Shown: positions 50,345 through 60,252, numbered from the stretch's first letter. The stretch: 64,000 nt of DNA from an uncultured Peptostreptococcaceae bacterium (GCA_964484935.1 CAZAFW010000001.1:2649-66648); one strand, 5' to 3'. Program-made: numbers and translations. Notes: generated from the sequence alone by a model not told the origin.

Positions 50345-50404
50345 ACAAATCACCTTTTTCAAAAAAATAGAGTGGCATAAATACATGCACCACCATTTAT
50401 TATA

Positions 50405-51247
50405 TCATAAACTGCATGTCTCCATGCAATAATCCCCTCGGCATATCAAGACTGCCTCGCCCTTCATATACATCGAGTCTTCCAGTATTCTTATGGACAA
50501 ACCGCCTCCCGGAACCTTTACATAAACTTCTTCATCAACAAAACCGAAATAATTGGCCAAATAAGCCGATGCACATACGCCGGTACCGCATGACAAGGTC
50601 TTTCCAGCTCCACGTTCCCAAGTTTCCACAACTATATTCTTTGGCGAAAGCACTTTGACAAAATTCACATTTGTTCCTTCTGGAAATACTTTTTTCAATT
50701 TTTCAAGCTCGAATCCCCATTTGCCGACATCGAACGATTTATCGCCCTCTTCAAAAATAACAGTATGGGGGACACCCATCCTGACCGAACTCGCTTCAAT
50801 AATTCCAAATCTCGTTTCAATGCCCTCTTTCAGAAACTTGCCATCCCTGCCCCCTATCGCAGGCACATTTTCTGCATCTGTAAGGGGTTTCCCCATTTCC
50901 ACTTCAACCATGCATTTTTCAAGCAATTCAACATTGTAAATGCCGGCGTCGGTTTCTATCGAAAATTTTCTGTTTAAAACCTTGCCGCTGTCATGTGCAT
51001 ATCTTGCAAAACATCTTATGCCGTTTCCGCACATCTCCCCTTTTGTTCCATCAGAATTATAATACTTCATTTTTATGTCAGCCACGCAGGATTCCATTGT
51101 GAACATTAATCCATCGGCCCCCACACCAAAGTGCCTTTCGCAGATTCTTTCCGCAATCTCCGGCACGCTCGAGTCTACACCAATTATTTCTTCATATTCA
51201 GTTAAAATAAAATCATTACCTGTTCCATGCATTTTTGTAAATTTCAA
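50405..51247 (-). CDS. dapF: Diaminopimelate epimerase
   Basis: KFTKMHGTGNDFIL N-terminus plus both catalytic Cys regions (EMCGNG, SCGTG). TTG start at 51247, 7 nt after AAGGAGAG; the ORF-track upstream extension is not credible. Confidence 0.9.
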   Translation of the reverse strand: MKFTKMHGTGNDFILTEYEEIIGVDSSVPEIAERICERHFGVGADGLMFTMESCVADIKMKYYNSDGTKGEMCGNGIRCFARYAHDSGKVLNRKFSIETDAGIYNVELLEKCMVEVEMGKPLTDAENVPAIGGRDGKFLKEGIETRFGIIEASSVRMGVPHTVIFEEGDKSFDVGKWGFELEKLKKVFPEGTNVNFVKVLSPKNIVVETWERGAGKTLSCGTGVCASAYLANYFGFVDEEVYVKVPGGGLSIRILEDSMYMKGEAVLICRGDYCMETCSL

Positions 51248-51366
51248 TTTGCACTCTCCTTGCTTAATTTCTTTTATTATACCAAATTTTATTGCTTCAA
51301 TTATCAAATTTGTTTTACTCTGTAAAAATGATATACTTGAGCATATCAAAATGAAAGGGTGATATT

Positions 51367-53142
51367 ATGCCGTTTGACGGATATGTTGCTCGCGCGCTCA
51401 AGTGCGAGTTGAATGCGGTTCTTAAAAAATCGAGAATAGATAAAATATACCAGCCCGACAAATTCCAACTGATGCTGCGTTTTAAAATGGGCAGGGAGAC
51501 TCACAAATTGTTGATTTCCGTAAATTCGAGTCTCCCATATATGGCGATGACAGAAATGGATAAAACAAATCCGAGCGCCCCGCCGCTCTTCTGCATGGTT
51601 CTAAGAAAACATTTGCAGGGCGGATTTTTGAGTGAGGTTGTTCAATATGACAACGACAGGATACTTTTTTTTGATTTCCATACACATGATGAACTAAAAT
51701 TTTCAGAAAGCAAGCGCCTTGTTGTAGAATTGATGGGAAAACACAGCAACATAATTCTCGTCAATTCCGAAGGAATAATAATAGACAGCATAAGAAGAAT
51801 TCCTTCAACCATCAGCAGGCAGCGTCAAGTCCTTCCCGGTCTCGCTTATTCCTTTCCACCGGATCAGGGTAAAATCAATATCGAAGAATGTCTTTCAGGC
51901 GATTTTTATAAAAAGTTGCAATTTGAAAATTCAGACGTCTATAAAATGATCTATTCCAACTTCAAAGGAATAAGTCCAATATTGGCAAAAGAGTTCTGCC
52001 TGCGCTCCGGGATAGACCCCAGGTCAAACACATCCAGCATAAATCCCGACTCTTCCAATAGACTTTGGAATTCTATAATATCCTTTGGAAAATCAATCGA
52101 TTCCGGCTATGAAAAACCTACTGTGTTTACAGACAAAGGTTCCCCCAAGGATTTTCATGCAGCCGAATTGGAAATATACCCGAATCAAATCTACGAGCGT
52201 GAAAATTTCAGTTCGATTTCTTGTGCAATAGACAGGTTCTATATTGACAAGAACAAGGCTGCTAATCTTGCCGCCAAATCCTCGAATTTGAATAAGCTTG
52301 TGAAGTCCAGGATTTCACATTCACGCAACAAACTCCAGAAACTTCATGAAGAATACACCCATTCGCTTGATTATAAAAAATACAAGGTTTATGGCGACAT
52401 TCTTTTATCCAACATTCATAAAGTGAAACAAGGAATGGAATCAATACTATTGGAGAATTTCTATGACGAAAACAGACTGATCGAAATACCCCTTGACAAT
52501 AGACTCAGTCCGTCAAAAAATGCTCAAAAATATTTTAAAAAATACAATAAATACAAAAATGCAAAATTGCAGCTCCGCAGGCAAATACTTATTGCAAAGA
52601 GCGAAATCGAATATTTGGACAATGTTCTTGTGAATCTTGAAAATTCATATGAATCTGCAAACATTGAAGCTATAAAAGAAGAATTGAAAACGGAAGGGTA
52701 TTTGAACAAGCGTTTAAGACCGAATAAAAAACAGACAAAGGCAAAAGAAATTGATAAATTCAACAAAACCCACATGTCTTTTTTGACCGAAAACGGCAAG
52801 AATATAATTGCAGGGAAAAACAGCAGCCAAAACGAACGTGTCACTTTTAAAAAATCTCGACCCGGAGATTTTTGGTTCCATGCAAAAAATATGCCCGGTT
52901 CGCATGTAGTGCTTGTCAATGACGGTTCCTTATCGGAGAAAGACTTCTTGGATGCTGCCTCAATAGCAGCTTACTACAGTAAAGGACGTCTTTCTTCAAA
53001 TGTTCCTGTAGACTGTACCGAAATACGAAATGTAAAAAAAATCAAGGGTGCCGGTCCCGGCCTTGTAACATACTCGGGACAAAATACACTATATGTCACA
53101 CCTCAAGAAAAAGAAATACAAAAGATGAAGGCAATGGATTAA
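51367..53142 (+). CDS. rqcH: RqcH / FbpA-type NFACT protein (ribosome-associated quality control)
   Basis: NFACT-N (MPFDGYVARAL...IDKIYQP), coiled-coil middle region, and NFACT-R (FWFHAKNMPGSHVVL). Confidence 0.85.
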   Translation: MPFDGYVARALKCELNAVLKKSRIDKIYQPDKFQLMLRFKMGRETHKLLISVNSSLPYMAMTEMDKTNPSAPPLFCMVLRKHLQGGFLSEVVQYDNDRILFFDFHTHDELKFSESKRLVVELMGKHSNIILVNSEGIIIDSIRRIPSTISRQRQVLPGLAYSFPPDQGKINIEECLSGDFYKKLQFENSDVYKMIYSNFKGISPILAKEFCLRSGIDPRSNTSSINPDSSNRLWNSIISFGKSIDSGYEKPTVFTDKGSPKDFHAAELEIYPNQIYERENFSSISCAIDRFYIDKNKAANLAAKSSNLNKLVKSRISHSRNKLQKLHEEYTHSLDYKKYKVYGDILLSNIHKVKQGMESILLENFYDENRLIEIPLDNRLSPSKNAQKYFKKYNKYKNAKLQLRRQILIAKSEIEYLDNVLVNLENSYESANIEAIKEELKTEGYLNKRLRPNKKQTKAKEIDKFNKTHMSFLTENGKNIIAGKNSSQNERVTFKKSRPGDFWFHAKNMPGSHVVLVNDGSLSEKDFLDAASIAAYYSKGRLSSNVPVDCTEIRNVKKIKGAGPGLVTYSGQNTLYVTPQEKEIQKMKAMD

Positions 53143-53165
53143 TCCATTGCCTTCATCTTTTGTAT
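53116..53165. repeat. Perfect 50-bp palindrome spanning the overlapping stop codons of rqcH and rluD; probable bidirectional terminator hairpin
   Basis: 53116-53140 is the exact reverse complement of 53141-53165, centred on TTAA. Verified base by base. Confidence 0.9.
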
Positions 53166-54056
53166 AAGTTCTTTCATGTCCTCGGGCATAGGGCATGTAA
53201 AAGTCATCATTCTCTTTTCAATTGGGTGGTGGAAAGTAAGTTTTTTGGCATGAAGCGCCTGTCTTGAAAAAGCATGTCTGTTTTTTTTGAATCCATATAA
53301 TGCATCCCCTACAATGGGATGTCCTGTATAGGACATATGCACCCTGATTTGATGCGTCCTTCCAGTTTCCAACTCACACTTGACAAGGGTCGCGCTTCTG
53401 AATCTCCTTAAAACTTCGAAATGGGTGATTGCGGGTTTTCCTTTTTCCACAACAGCCATTTTCATTCGGTTTGATGGATCTCTGCCTATCGGGGCGTCAA
53501 CTGTTCCTGATTTTTCTTTTATGTTCCCCTCAACCAATGCATAGTATATTCTTGTTATTTCGTGTTCCTTCAACTGTTCCGACAGATTTTTGTGAACCAT
53601 ATCGTTTTTTGCAACAACGAGCAGTCCGGTTGTGTCCTTGTCTATCCGGTGAACTATCCCCGGTCTTATTACGCCATTTATCGAGGAAAGCGAATCACAA
53701 TGGTATAAAAGTGCGTTTACAATCGTTCCGTCATAGTTTCCAGGTGCGGGATGCACCACCATGCCCTTATCTTTGTTTATAACCAAAAGCCCCTCATCCT
53801 CATAAACAATATTCAGTTTTATATTTTGGGGTTTAACCTCGAGTTTTTCGGGCTCCGGAACATTCAATTCCAATAACATGCCTTCCTTCAACCTGTAATT
53901 CTTTTTCACTATTTTAATGCCGTCTTGTCTTACTTTTCCGCCGCTGATCAGCTTTTGCAGATAATTCCTTGAAAATTCCTCGAGATTTTCATTTAGGTAA
54001 GCATCCACCCTGCATCCTTCTCCGTCTTCGCCTACAATCATCTTTATTGTTTCCAT
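53139..54056 (-). CDS. rluD: RluA-family 23S rRNA pseudouridine synthase (RluD-like)
   Basis: S4 domain plus the HRIDKDTTGLLVVAK catalytic motif. Confidence 0.9.
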   Translation of the reverse strand: METIKMIVGEDGEGCRVDAYLNENLEEFSRNYLQKLISGGKVRQDGIKIVKKNYRLKEGMLLELNVPEPEKLEVKPQNIKLNIVYEDEGLLVINKDKGMVVHPAPGNYDGTIVNALLYHCDSLSSINGVIRPGIVHRIDKDTTGLLVVAKNDMVHKNLSEQLKEHEITRIYYALVEGNIKEKSGTVDAPIGRDPSNRMKMAVVEKGKPAITHFEVLRRFRSATLVKCELETGRTHQIRVHMSYTGHPIVGDALYGFKKNRHAFSRQALHAKKLTFHHPIEKRMMTFTCPMPEDMKELIQKMKAMD

Positions 54057-54057
54057 A

Positions 54058-54753
54058 TTATACCGTTTCCATTTTTTTAATCAAATCAATAACCACACGA
54101 CTTGATTCGTGAGCGTGTTTGTCGGCAAATTTGCTGAAATTTTCAGTTGCCGAATTGTCCGCTTTGTCTGAAATTGTTCTTATTATAACAAAAGGTCTTT
54201 TATTTACATGACAAACATGAGCTATTGCCGCGCCTTCCATTTCCGCACATACCCCCCCGAAAAATTCATTCAGGTAAATTCTCTTTTCAGAATCCGCAAC
54301 GAACACATCCCCGGATACGATTCTCCCGACATGTACTTTCTTTTCTTCTCCGATTGCTTCCACCGTCAATGCAATCAATCTTGGCTCTGCCGCGAAAATG
54401 GATTTTTCCATTCTCGGTATCACTCCGGGTTCATAACCGAAACCCGTTGCATCCATGTCGTGTTCAAGCAATTCGTTGGAAATCACTACATCCCCTATTT
54501 CAAACGACTTTTCCAATGCTCCTGCAAGCCCTGTATTTATAATGCTTTCAACTTTAAATTTTGTTATAAGTATCTGTGTGCATAGAGCTGCATTCACTTT
54601 CCCTATGCCCGACATGACAAGTACAACTTCTGTGTTGTGTACAAAGCCTTTATTGAAAACCATTCCTGCATAAATTTCCTTGTCCTCTATTTCCATCGAT
54701 TCCAGTATGCACTGGATTTCTTCCTCCATTGCTCCGATGATTCCTATCTTCAT
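54058..54753 (-). CDS. mtnN: 5'-methylthioadenosine/S-adenosylhomocysteine nucleosidase
   Basis: MKIGIIGAMEEE N-terminus, and EMEGAAIAHVC. Confidence 0.9.
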   Translation of the reverse strand: MKIGIIGAMEEEIQCILESMEIEDKEIYAGMVFNKGFVHNTEVVLVMSGIGKVNAALCTQILITKFKVESIINTGLAGALEKSFEIGDVVISNELLEHDMDATGFGYEPGVIPRMEKSIFAAEPRLIALTVEAIGEEKKVHVGRIVSGDVFVADSEKRIYLNEFFGGVCAEMEGAAIAHVCHVNKRPFVIIRTISDKADNSATENFSKFADKHAHESSRVVIDLIKKMETV

Positions 54754-54781
54754 TTATGGATTACCTCCTGTGAATTCTTAA

Positions 54782-54809
54782 AAACAACCCGCCAAAAGGC
54801 GGGTTGTTT
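54782..54809. terminator. Terminator hairpin downstream of divIVA
   Basis: AAACAACCCGCC-AAAA-GGCGGGTTGTTT with T-rich flanks on both strands. Confidence 0.8.
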
Positions 54810-54822
54810 ATTTTGCGCAGAT

Positions 54823-55278
54823 TCAATCAAACATGTCCTCAACTGACTTGTTCAACAATTCTATCTGGGACTTTAAAAGATTTCTATACCTTTCATTGAA
54901 AATCAAAACCTGTTTTTTGGCATCATCAAACTCTCTCTTTATCCTCATGACTTCTGCATTTGCCTTCTCAATTATCCTTTTTGCTTCTTCTTCAGATTTG
55001 TTTATTATGAATTCAGCTTCTTTTGCAGCGTTGCCTTTCACGGTTTCCGCAGTATCACTTGCCAATATCAATGTTTCGTTTAATGTCTTTTCCATGCTTT
55101 TGTATGTTTCTATTTGCTCTTCCAGCAATCTAATCCGCTCTTTGAGGTCCTTGTTCTCCTTGTATATAATTTCATAGTCCTCGAAAATATCATCTATGAA
55201 TTTATCAACTTCTCCGGTTTGATAGCCTCTCAATGATTTCCCAAATTCAACGGCTTGTATTTCCAACGGATTAATCAT
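54823..55278 (-). CDS. divIVA: DivIVA-domain cell division protein
   Basis: LEIQAVEFGKSLRGYQTGEVDKFIDDI N-terminal DivIVA domain plus a coiled coil. Confidence 0.85.
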   Translation of the reverse strand: MINPLEIQAVEFGKSLRGYQTGEVDKFIDDIFEDYEIIYKENKDLKERIRLLEEQIETYKSMEKTLNETLILASDTAETVKGNAAKEAEFIINKSEEEAKRIIEKANAEVMRIKREFDDAKKQVLIFNERYRNLLKSQIELLNKSVEDMFD

Positions 55279-55290
55279 TTTTCCACCCCA

Positions 55291-56097
55291 TCATACATAT
55301 TTTTTTATTTTAAGAACATAGTTGCCTTTTTTAGTAATTCCTTTCATATCGCCTATTCTTATTTTGCCATTGCCTCTATATGAAAGAACATCCGATTCTG
55401 CAACACAATAATCAGCCGAATTCAGTATAAAGTCGTTCAATTTCACTTTACCTTTTACAATATCGCCTTTTACATTTTTTCTGCTTTGCCTGAAAAATTT
55501 CGATAAAATCAAATCGGACCTCATTGATGAAACGACTATTTGCTTTTCTTCGAACTGTTGTTCCGGCATATCGAATCGCTCACATGAAATCGCTTTGGAC
55601 GATTCAATATGGCTTCTTCCAACTCTATTCAGATTTATTCTTATAAAGTCGGCAATATCGTTCGATACGACCACATGTGATACCAAACCCTCTATTCCTA
55701 TGTCTCCAATCATTGATCTCTTGACCCCGAGCGAAAGCAATGCCCCCAAAATATCCCTGTGTCCAACCTCTGAATTGAATTTCAGTTCAATAACTCTCAA
55801 TTGGACTTCTTCCATCGATATTTGCCCATTAATCGTAAATATCATTCTCCCTCTTTCAGCGTCCTGATATCCACCCTCAAAGAAACTCATCACTTCATTG
55901 TCTAGTTTTGAACGCACCAAAGATTCGACAAGATTAAATCGGCTTCTGGATATTATCCCGCTTATTGCAACAGTTTTGCCTCTTGAAATGGATTCATATG
56001 CAGACAACACTTTTAGAATTTCATAAACGTCGTCTTTGGAATAATTGATATGGCTTTGCCTTTTCAGGAAGTCCTCAACTTCTTTTTTCGCTGGCAT
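55291..56097 (-). CDS. ylmH: YlmH-type S4-domain RNA-binding protein
   Basis: 268 aa with a C-terminal S4 domain. Sits between yggT and divIVA, as in the ylm cluster. Confidence 0.8.
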   Translation of the reverse strand: MPAKKEVEDFLKRQSHINYSKDDVYEILKVLSAYESISRGKTVAISGIISRSRFNLVESLVRSKLDNEVMSFFEGGYQDAERGRMIFTINGQISMEEVQLRVIELKFNSEVGHRDILGALLSLGVKRSMIGDIGIEGLVSHVVVSNDIADFIRINLNRVGRSHIESSKAISCERFDMPEQQFEEKQIVVSSMRSDLILSKFFRQSRKNVKGDIVKGKVKLNDFILNSADYCVAESDVLSYRGNGKIRIGDMKGITKKGNYVLKIKKYV

Positions 56098-56098
56098 T

Positions 56099-56374
56099 CT
56101 ACAATATGCTTACTATCAAGCGGCTGACCACGTCAAGCGTCAGGATTGCGAAAATTGGCGAAAAATCGATTGTGCCTCCCCCAATGCCCATCTTGAACAA
56201 AAGATTTCTAAAAGGGGAAAGAATCGGCTCGGTCAAACTGTACAGCATCTTGAAAATCGGATTTGAATAATCGCGCGCAAACCATGAAAAGATGATTCTC
56301 GCTATAATCAAAAAATTAACCACTTCAACAAATCTATAGATAGATTCCTTTATAATCCACATATTCCCCTCCAT
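56099..56374 (-). CDS. YggT family membrane protein
   Basis: 91 aa, two TM helices. The ...LTEPILSPFR... motif is typical of YggT/YlmG. Confidence 0.8.
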   Translation of the reverse strand: MEGNMWIIKESIYRFVEVVNFLIIARIIFSWFARDYSNPIFKMLYSLTEPILSPFRNLLFKMGIGGGTIDFSPIFAILTLDVVSRLIVSIL

Positions 56375-56380
56375 ATTCTC

Positions 56381-56824
56381 CTACTTTTGCCAAGGAAAAA
56401 TTCCTTTTTCGGTTGTCTCGGTTTTGAAATCCCCTTGTATTTCAACATTTTTGGGAGCAATTATAAAAATGCCTTTGGAGATTTTTTGAATTTTCCCCTC
56501 CAATGCATATACGGCACCATTGAGGAAATCAAATATTTTTTTAGCTAATTCATATTCAAGCTCTTCAAGATTAATTACAACAGGTTTGTTGTTCTTAAGG
56601 TTGTCCACTATGCCGGGAACCTCTTCAAAATCTTTTGGTTCGTGAACAATAACCCTCATCTGTTGGTTTGAGTGTATATTCAAAATCTTATTCCCCCTGA
56701 TTTTGGTGTCCGCTTGTTCAATGCTTTGCTCAGAAAATATCTCGTCTTCTTCAATTTCATCCAATTCATCTTCATCATAATCGTCAATACCCATGAAAAA
56801 TTTAATTTTATCGATTACGCTCAT
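56381..56824 (-). CDS. sepF: Cell division protein SepF
   Basis: The C-terminal domain PKDFEEVPGIVDNLKNNKPVVINLE...FLNGAVYAL is typical SepF. Confidence 0.85.
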   Translation of the reverse strand: MSVIDKIKFFMGIDDYDEDELDEIEEDEIFSEQSIEQADTKIRGNKILNIHSNQQMRVIVHEPKDFEEVPGIVDNLKNNKPVVINLEELEYELAKKIFDFLNGAVYALEGKIQKISKGIFIIAPKNVEIQGDFKTETTEKGIFPWQK

Positions 56825-56836
56825 TGCAATTCCTCC

Positions 56837-57529
56837 TTATTTTGAATAATCCCTTTCACCAAATATTCCCGTGCCTATCCTGACCATATTGGCGCCTTCC
56901 TCAATTGCCGTTTCAAAATCATGCGTCATTCCCATGGACAGGTAAAGCATTTGATCCTCGTGTCCCTTCATTTTCATTCTTTCAAACAATTCATTCATCT
57001 TCTTGAAATACGGCCTTACCTTTTCTTTGTCTTCAATATATGGCGCAATAGCCATAAACCCGAGTATCCTAACATTGTCAAGACTACCCGCCTCATTCAA
57101 AAATGACTCGGCATCATCGTAATCAATGCCCGATTTACTCTCTTCGCCGCCTATGTTTATCTGGATTAAACAATCCATCTTTTTCCCTGTCTTAGCCGCC
57201 CTCTTGTCTATCTCAACGGCAAGCTTCATGCTGTCAAGCGAATGAACCATCTCAACCTTGTCTATTATGTATTTCACTTTGTTCCTTTGCAAATGGCCTA
57301 TCATATGCCATTTGACTTTTTCTTCAATTTCGTCGTACTTTTCGACTATCTCCTGAGCCTTATTTTCTCCAAGAACATCTACTCCCGACTTTATCGCTTC
57401 TTTTATTCTTTCGACACCGATTGTCTTTGTAACTGCAATCAATTGTATTTTATTTCTTTCAATTCCGTTTTTATTGCAGATGTCCACGATTCTTTTCTCT
57501 ATGTGCTCCAGGTTTATTTTTATTCCCAT
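56837..57529 (-). CDS. yggS: YggS-family pyridoxal-phosphate homeostasis protein
   Basis: LIAVTKT (PLP lysine), GENKAQE, HMIGHLQRNK, and LSMGMTHDFE. Confidence 0.9.
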   Translation of the reverse strand: MGIKINLEHIEKRIVDICNKNGIERNKIQLIAVTKTIGVERIKEAIKSGVDVLGENKAQEIVEKYDEIEEKVKWHMIGHLQRNKVKYIIDKVEMVHSLDSMKLAVEIDKRAAKTGKKMDCLIQINIGGEESKSGIDYDDAESFLNEAGSLDNVRILGFMAIAPYIEDKEKVRPYFKKMNELFERMKMKGHEDQMLYLSMGMTHDFETAIEEGANMVRIGTGIFGERDYSK

Positions 57530-57538
57530 AAAGACCTC

Positions 57539-58696
57539 CTAGTCGCTGATGTCGACAACAATCTCGTCGTAAACCTTGACGGTGTCTACCGCTTCTACAT
57601 TTTCATTTTCGTCCTTCCTATAAAAAATGCCGTCGCTTACAACTGCCCATTCATTGTTTGAGCCCTTCACACCCACAGGCTTGAAGACAGCTTTTCCGTT
57701 TACATTTTTTATAAGAACACCTGTTTCATCCTCTTTGTAAACGAGTGCGTCAACAGGTAGGAGCAATCCTTTTATGCTTTTGTTTATAATATGCATTCTT
57801 GTCGATCTATTCCCCAAAAACACAGTTGCCTGCTCGTTTATTCTCAAAATCGCATAACTGTTTCCTATTTCATTATTTGTTTCTACTACAATTGCATCCA
57901 CATTTTCATCTTCTAAAACAATCTTTACGCTTGAGCCGTCATTGAAACGGCCTATGTTCCTAAGGTCTGTATATACATATACATACCAAGCCGAATTGTC
58001 GACCACTTTCATTATCGGATAATCCTTTTCAGCCTTTTTCTCCTTAAAATTTACCTGTTTTATGGTTTCACTTCGCACTTTTTCCATATCCAGAGACATA
58101 ACACTTTCTCTTCTTAAAATTTCCTCATACCCGTCGATATTGAATGAAACGATTCCAGATATTGGCGAATTCGTTCCATTATAGCGTTTTACCTCTTGTG
58201 TTTCAATTTCTTCCAGATCCGTTTGCATCATTTTTTCATCAATTGCATGCTTTATCAAAGCAATTCTGTCATAAATACCATTTGCAGACAAGCTTCGTAT
58301 GTCTTTAACCTGTTTACCCACATCGAGATTGTCGTATGCCACCCTCAGGTATTCACTTGCTGTCTTTATTTCGACATTCTGCGCATTATCACCGCCGTTT
58401 TGACCGTATGTGCCAGCTTCAATATAATAAAGTGGATATCCTTTTCTAACTTTGTCGCCTTCATTGACTTTATATTTGATTTTGCCGGATTCAACCGGAA
58501 ATACAAGAATTTCATCTCTTATTATCAAACAGTCATATTCATTTTCCTGAACTATGCTTCCGTACTCTACTATATAGGATTCATCCGTTTCTTCAAAGTT
58601 TCCGATAAGAACCAATATCTTATAAAGGAAAAATATTATGATAATCAAGAAAACGCCATATTCAAACATTCTATGCCTTTTATTGCTTCTTCTCAT
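57539..58696 (-). CDS. Membrane-anchored protein, possibly HlyD/membrane-fusion-like (barrel-sandwich); function unknown
   Basis: 385 aa with one N-terminal TM helix (VFLIIIIFFLYKILVLI). The rest is beta-rich with a central helical segment. Family assignment comes from overall pattern only. Confidence 0.45.
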   Translation of the reverse strand: MRRSNKRHRMFEYGVFLIIIIFFLYKILVLIGNFEETDESYIVEYGSIVQENEYDCLIIRDEILVFPVESGKIKYKVNEGDKVRKGYPLYYIEAGTYGQNGGDNAQNVEIKTASEYLRVAYDNLDVGKQVKDIRSLSANGIYDRIALIKHAIDEKMMQTDLEEIETQEVKRYNGTNSPISGIVSFNIDGYEEILRRESVMSLDMEKVRSETIKQVNFKEKKAEKDYPIMKVVDNSAWYVYVYTDLRNIGRFNDGSSVKIVLEDENVDAIVVETNNEIGNSYAILRINEQATVFLGNRSTRMHIINKSIKGLLLPVDALVYKEDETGVLIKNVNGKAVFKPVGVKGSNNEWAVVSDGIFYRKDENENVEAVDTVKVYDEIVVDISD

Positions 58697-58738
58697 TGGA
58701 ATCCCCTGTCAAAACAAATATAAGGCTACTAAGCAGCC

Positions 58739-59119
58739 TTATATAATTTTACCATATCTTGATACTATTTTTAATTTTTTTATATGCATAACGCTGAATT
58801 CCACAATGTTGTCGTCATCCGTCAAAAGGCACAACTTTTCTTTATATTTCTTTATTCCCAGCACTTTTCCCTTATAAGTCTTGTTCGTTTCAATAAGACT
58901 CAGTTTTATTTCGTCTCCTATCGAAAGCTTCATCTTTCCAAGTTTGAAACATTTCATATCAATAAGTTTCAAATAGCTTTCAGTAAGGGTGCGGCTATTT
59001 ATGATTATTTTATTTTTAGATGAATAATGTCTTTCTTCGAACAAACATGCCAAGTAACAAAGCACCGAAGCAGTCAGCAGCAAAACCGCAGTTTTCAGCA
59101 TAGAATCCAAAATTTGCAT
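58739..59119 (-). CDS. Small membrane-anchored hypothetical protein
   Basis: 126 aa with an N-terminal TM helix (TAVLLLTASVLCYLACLF) and a lysine-rich beta-like C-terminal domain. RBS AAGAAGGGATG. Candidate promoter upstream. Confidence 0.4.
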   Translation of the reverse strand: MQILDSMLKTAVLLLTASVLCYLACLFEERHYSSKNKIIINSRTLTESYLKLIDMKCFKLGKMKLSIGDEIKLSLIETNKTYKGKVLGIKKYKEKLCLLTDDDNIVEFSVMHIKKLKIVSRYGKII

Positions 59120-59156
59120 TTACATCCCTTCTTTTTGATAGGTTTTTGACAATTCA

Positions 59157-59185
59157 ATTATGGCATAATAAAAAGAATTTTTCAA
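59157..59185 (-). promoter_or_regulatory. Candidate promoter between gpsA and the small membrane protein
   Basis: On the - strand: TTGAAA (59180-59185), 17-nt spacer, CATAAT (59157-59162). Confidence 0.4.
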
Positions 59186-59214
59186 CATGGTTTGTTAGTT
59201 GTTTATCAAGACAT

Positions 59215-60231
59215 TTATTTGATTTTCATTGTCATTTCCATCTCGTGTCTTTTTGAACGGGTCATAAGATTGTTTACAGATTTTTCAACGTCGTGATTTT
59301 CATAAAGGACCCGGAAAAGCTCCTCTACTATAGGCATGTCAACTGAATATTTTTTTGCCAATTCAAATGCGGACTTAATTGTATAGATTCCCTCTACCAC
59401 CATTCCAATTTTTTTAACGGCGTCTTCCATTTTCATTCCTTCTCCAATAAGTATTCCGCATCTTCTGTTTCGGCTGTGCATGCTTGTGCATGTTACAATT
59501 AAATCCCCTATTCCGGTAAGCCCAGTGAATGTGTTTACGTCCGCTTTCATGGCTTCGCCCAATCTGGCAATTTCAACTATTCCCCTGGTCATTAAAGCAG
59601 CTTTGGCGTTGTCTCCATATCCCAATCCATCGCTGATTCCGGCCCCGAGAGCAATAACATTTTTCAGAGATGCTCCAATCTCGACACCGCAGACATCATT
59701 ATTTGTATAGACTCTCAATCTGTCAGTTATAAACAGGTCTTGTATCTTTTCAGCCAATTCCAGTTTTTCTGAAGCGGCAACAAGCGTTGTAGGCATCCCT
59801 CTCGAAACTTCTTCCGCGTGGGACGGTCCGCTGAGAGCTACAAAAGGATTGTCGGGAAAAAACTCTTTTACAACCTCGGACATCCTCTTGAGTGTTCCTA
59901 TTTCAATTCCTTTTGAAACATTCACAATGATTTTATTTTTCATTGATTCAGGGTTTATCTTTTCCAATGTGCTTCGGACGCCCTGTGAAGCAACAGCCAG
60001 AATAACAATTTCAGCAAGGCTCAGGCACCTCTCCATATCGTCGGTGAAAATGATTTTCTCGTCTATCTTTATTCCTGGAAGTGAAAATGCATTTTCCCTT
60101 GTTTTGTTGATATTGTCCACATGCTCTGAAAGTCTATCCCATACAGAAACTTCATGTCCTTTGCCGTTCAATGTAATTGCAATTGCCGTACCCCAGCTGC
60201 CGGCACCCAATATCGCTATCTTATTTTCCAT
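59215..60231 (-). CDS. gpsA: NAD(P)H-dependent glycerol-3-phosphate dehydrogenase
   Basis: ILGAGSWGTAIA Rossmann motif. Full-length GpsA similarity. Confidence 0.9.
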   Translation of the reverse strand: MENKIAILGAGSWGTAIAITLNGKGHEVSVWDRLSEHVDNINKTRENAFSLPGIKIDEKIIFTDDMERCLSLAEIVILAVASQGVRSTLEKINPESMKNKIIVNVSKGIEIGTLKRMSEVVKEFFPDNPFVALSGPSHAEEVSRGMPTTLVAASEKLELAEKIQDLFITDRLRVYTNNDVCGVEIGASLKNVIALGAGISDGLGYGDNAKAALMTRGIVEIARLGEAMKADVNTFTGLTGIGDLIVTCTSMHSRNRRCGILIGEGMKMEDAVKKIGMVVEGIYTIKSAFELAKKYSVDMPIVEELFRVLYENHDVEKSVNNLMTRSKRHEMEMTMKIK

Positions 60232-60252
60232 AAAAACCTCCTTGTAGTTCTT

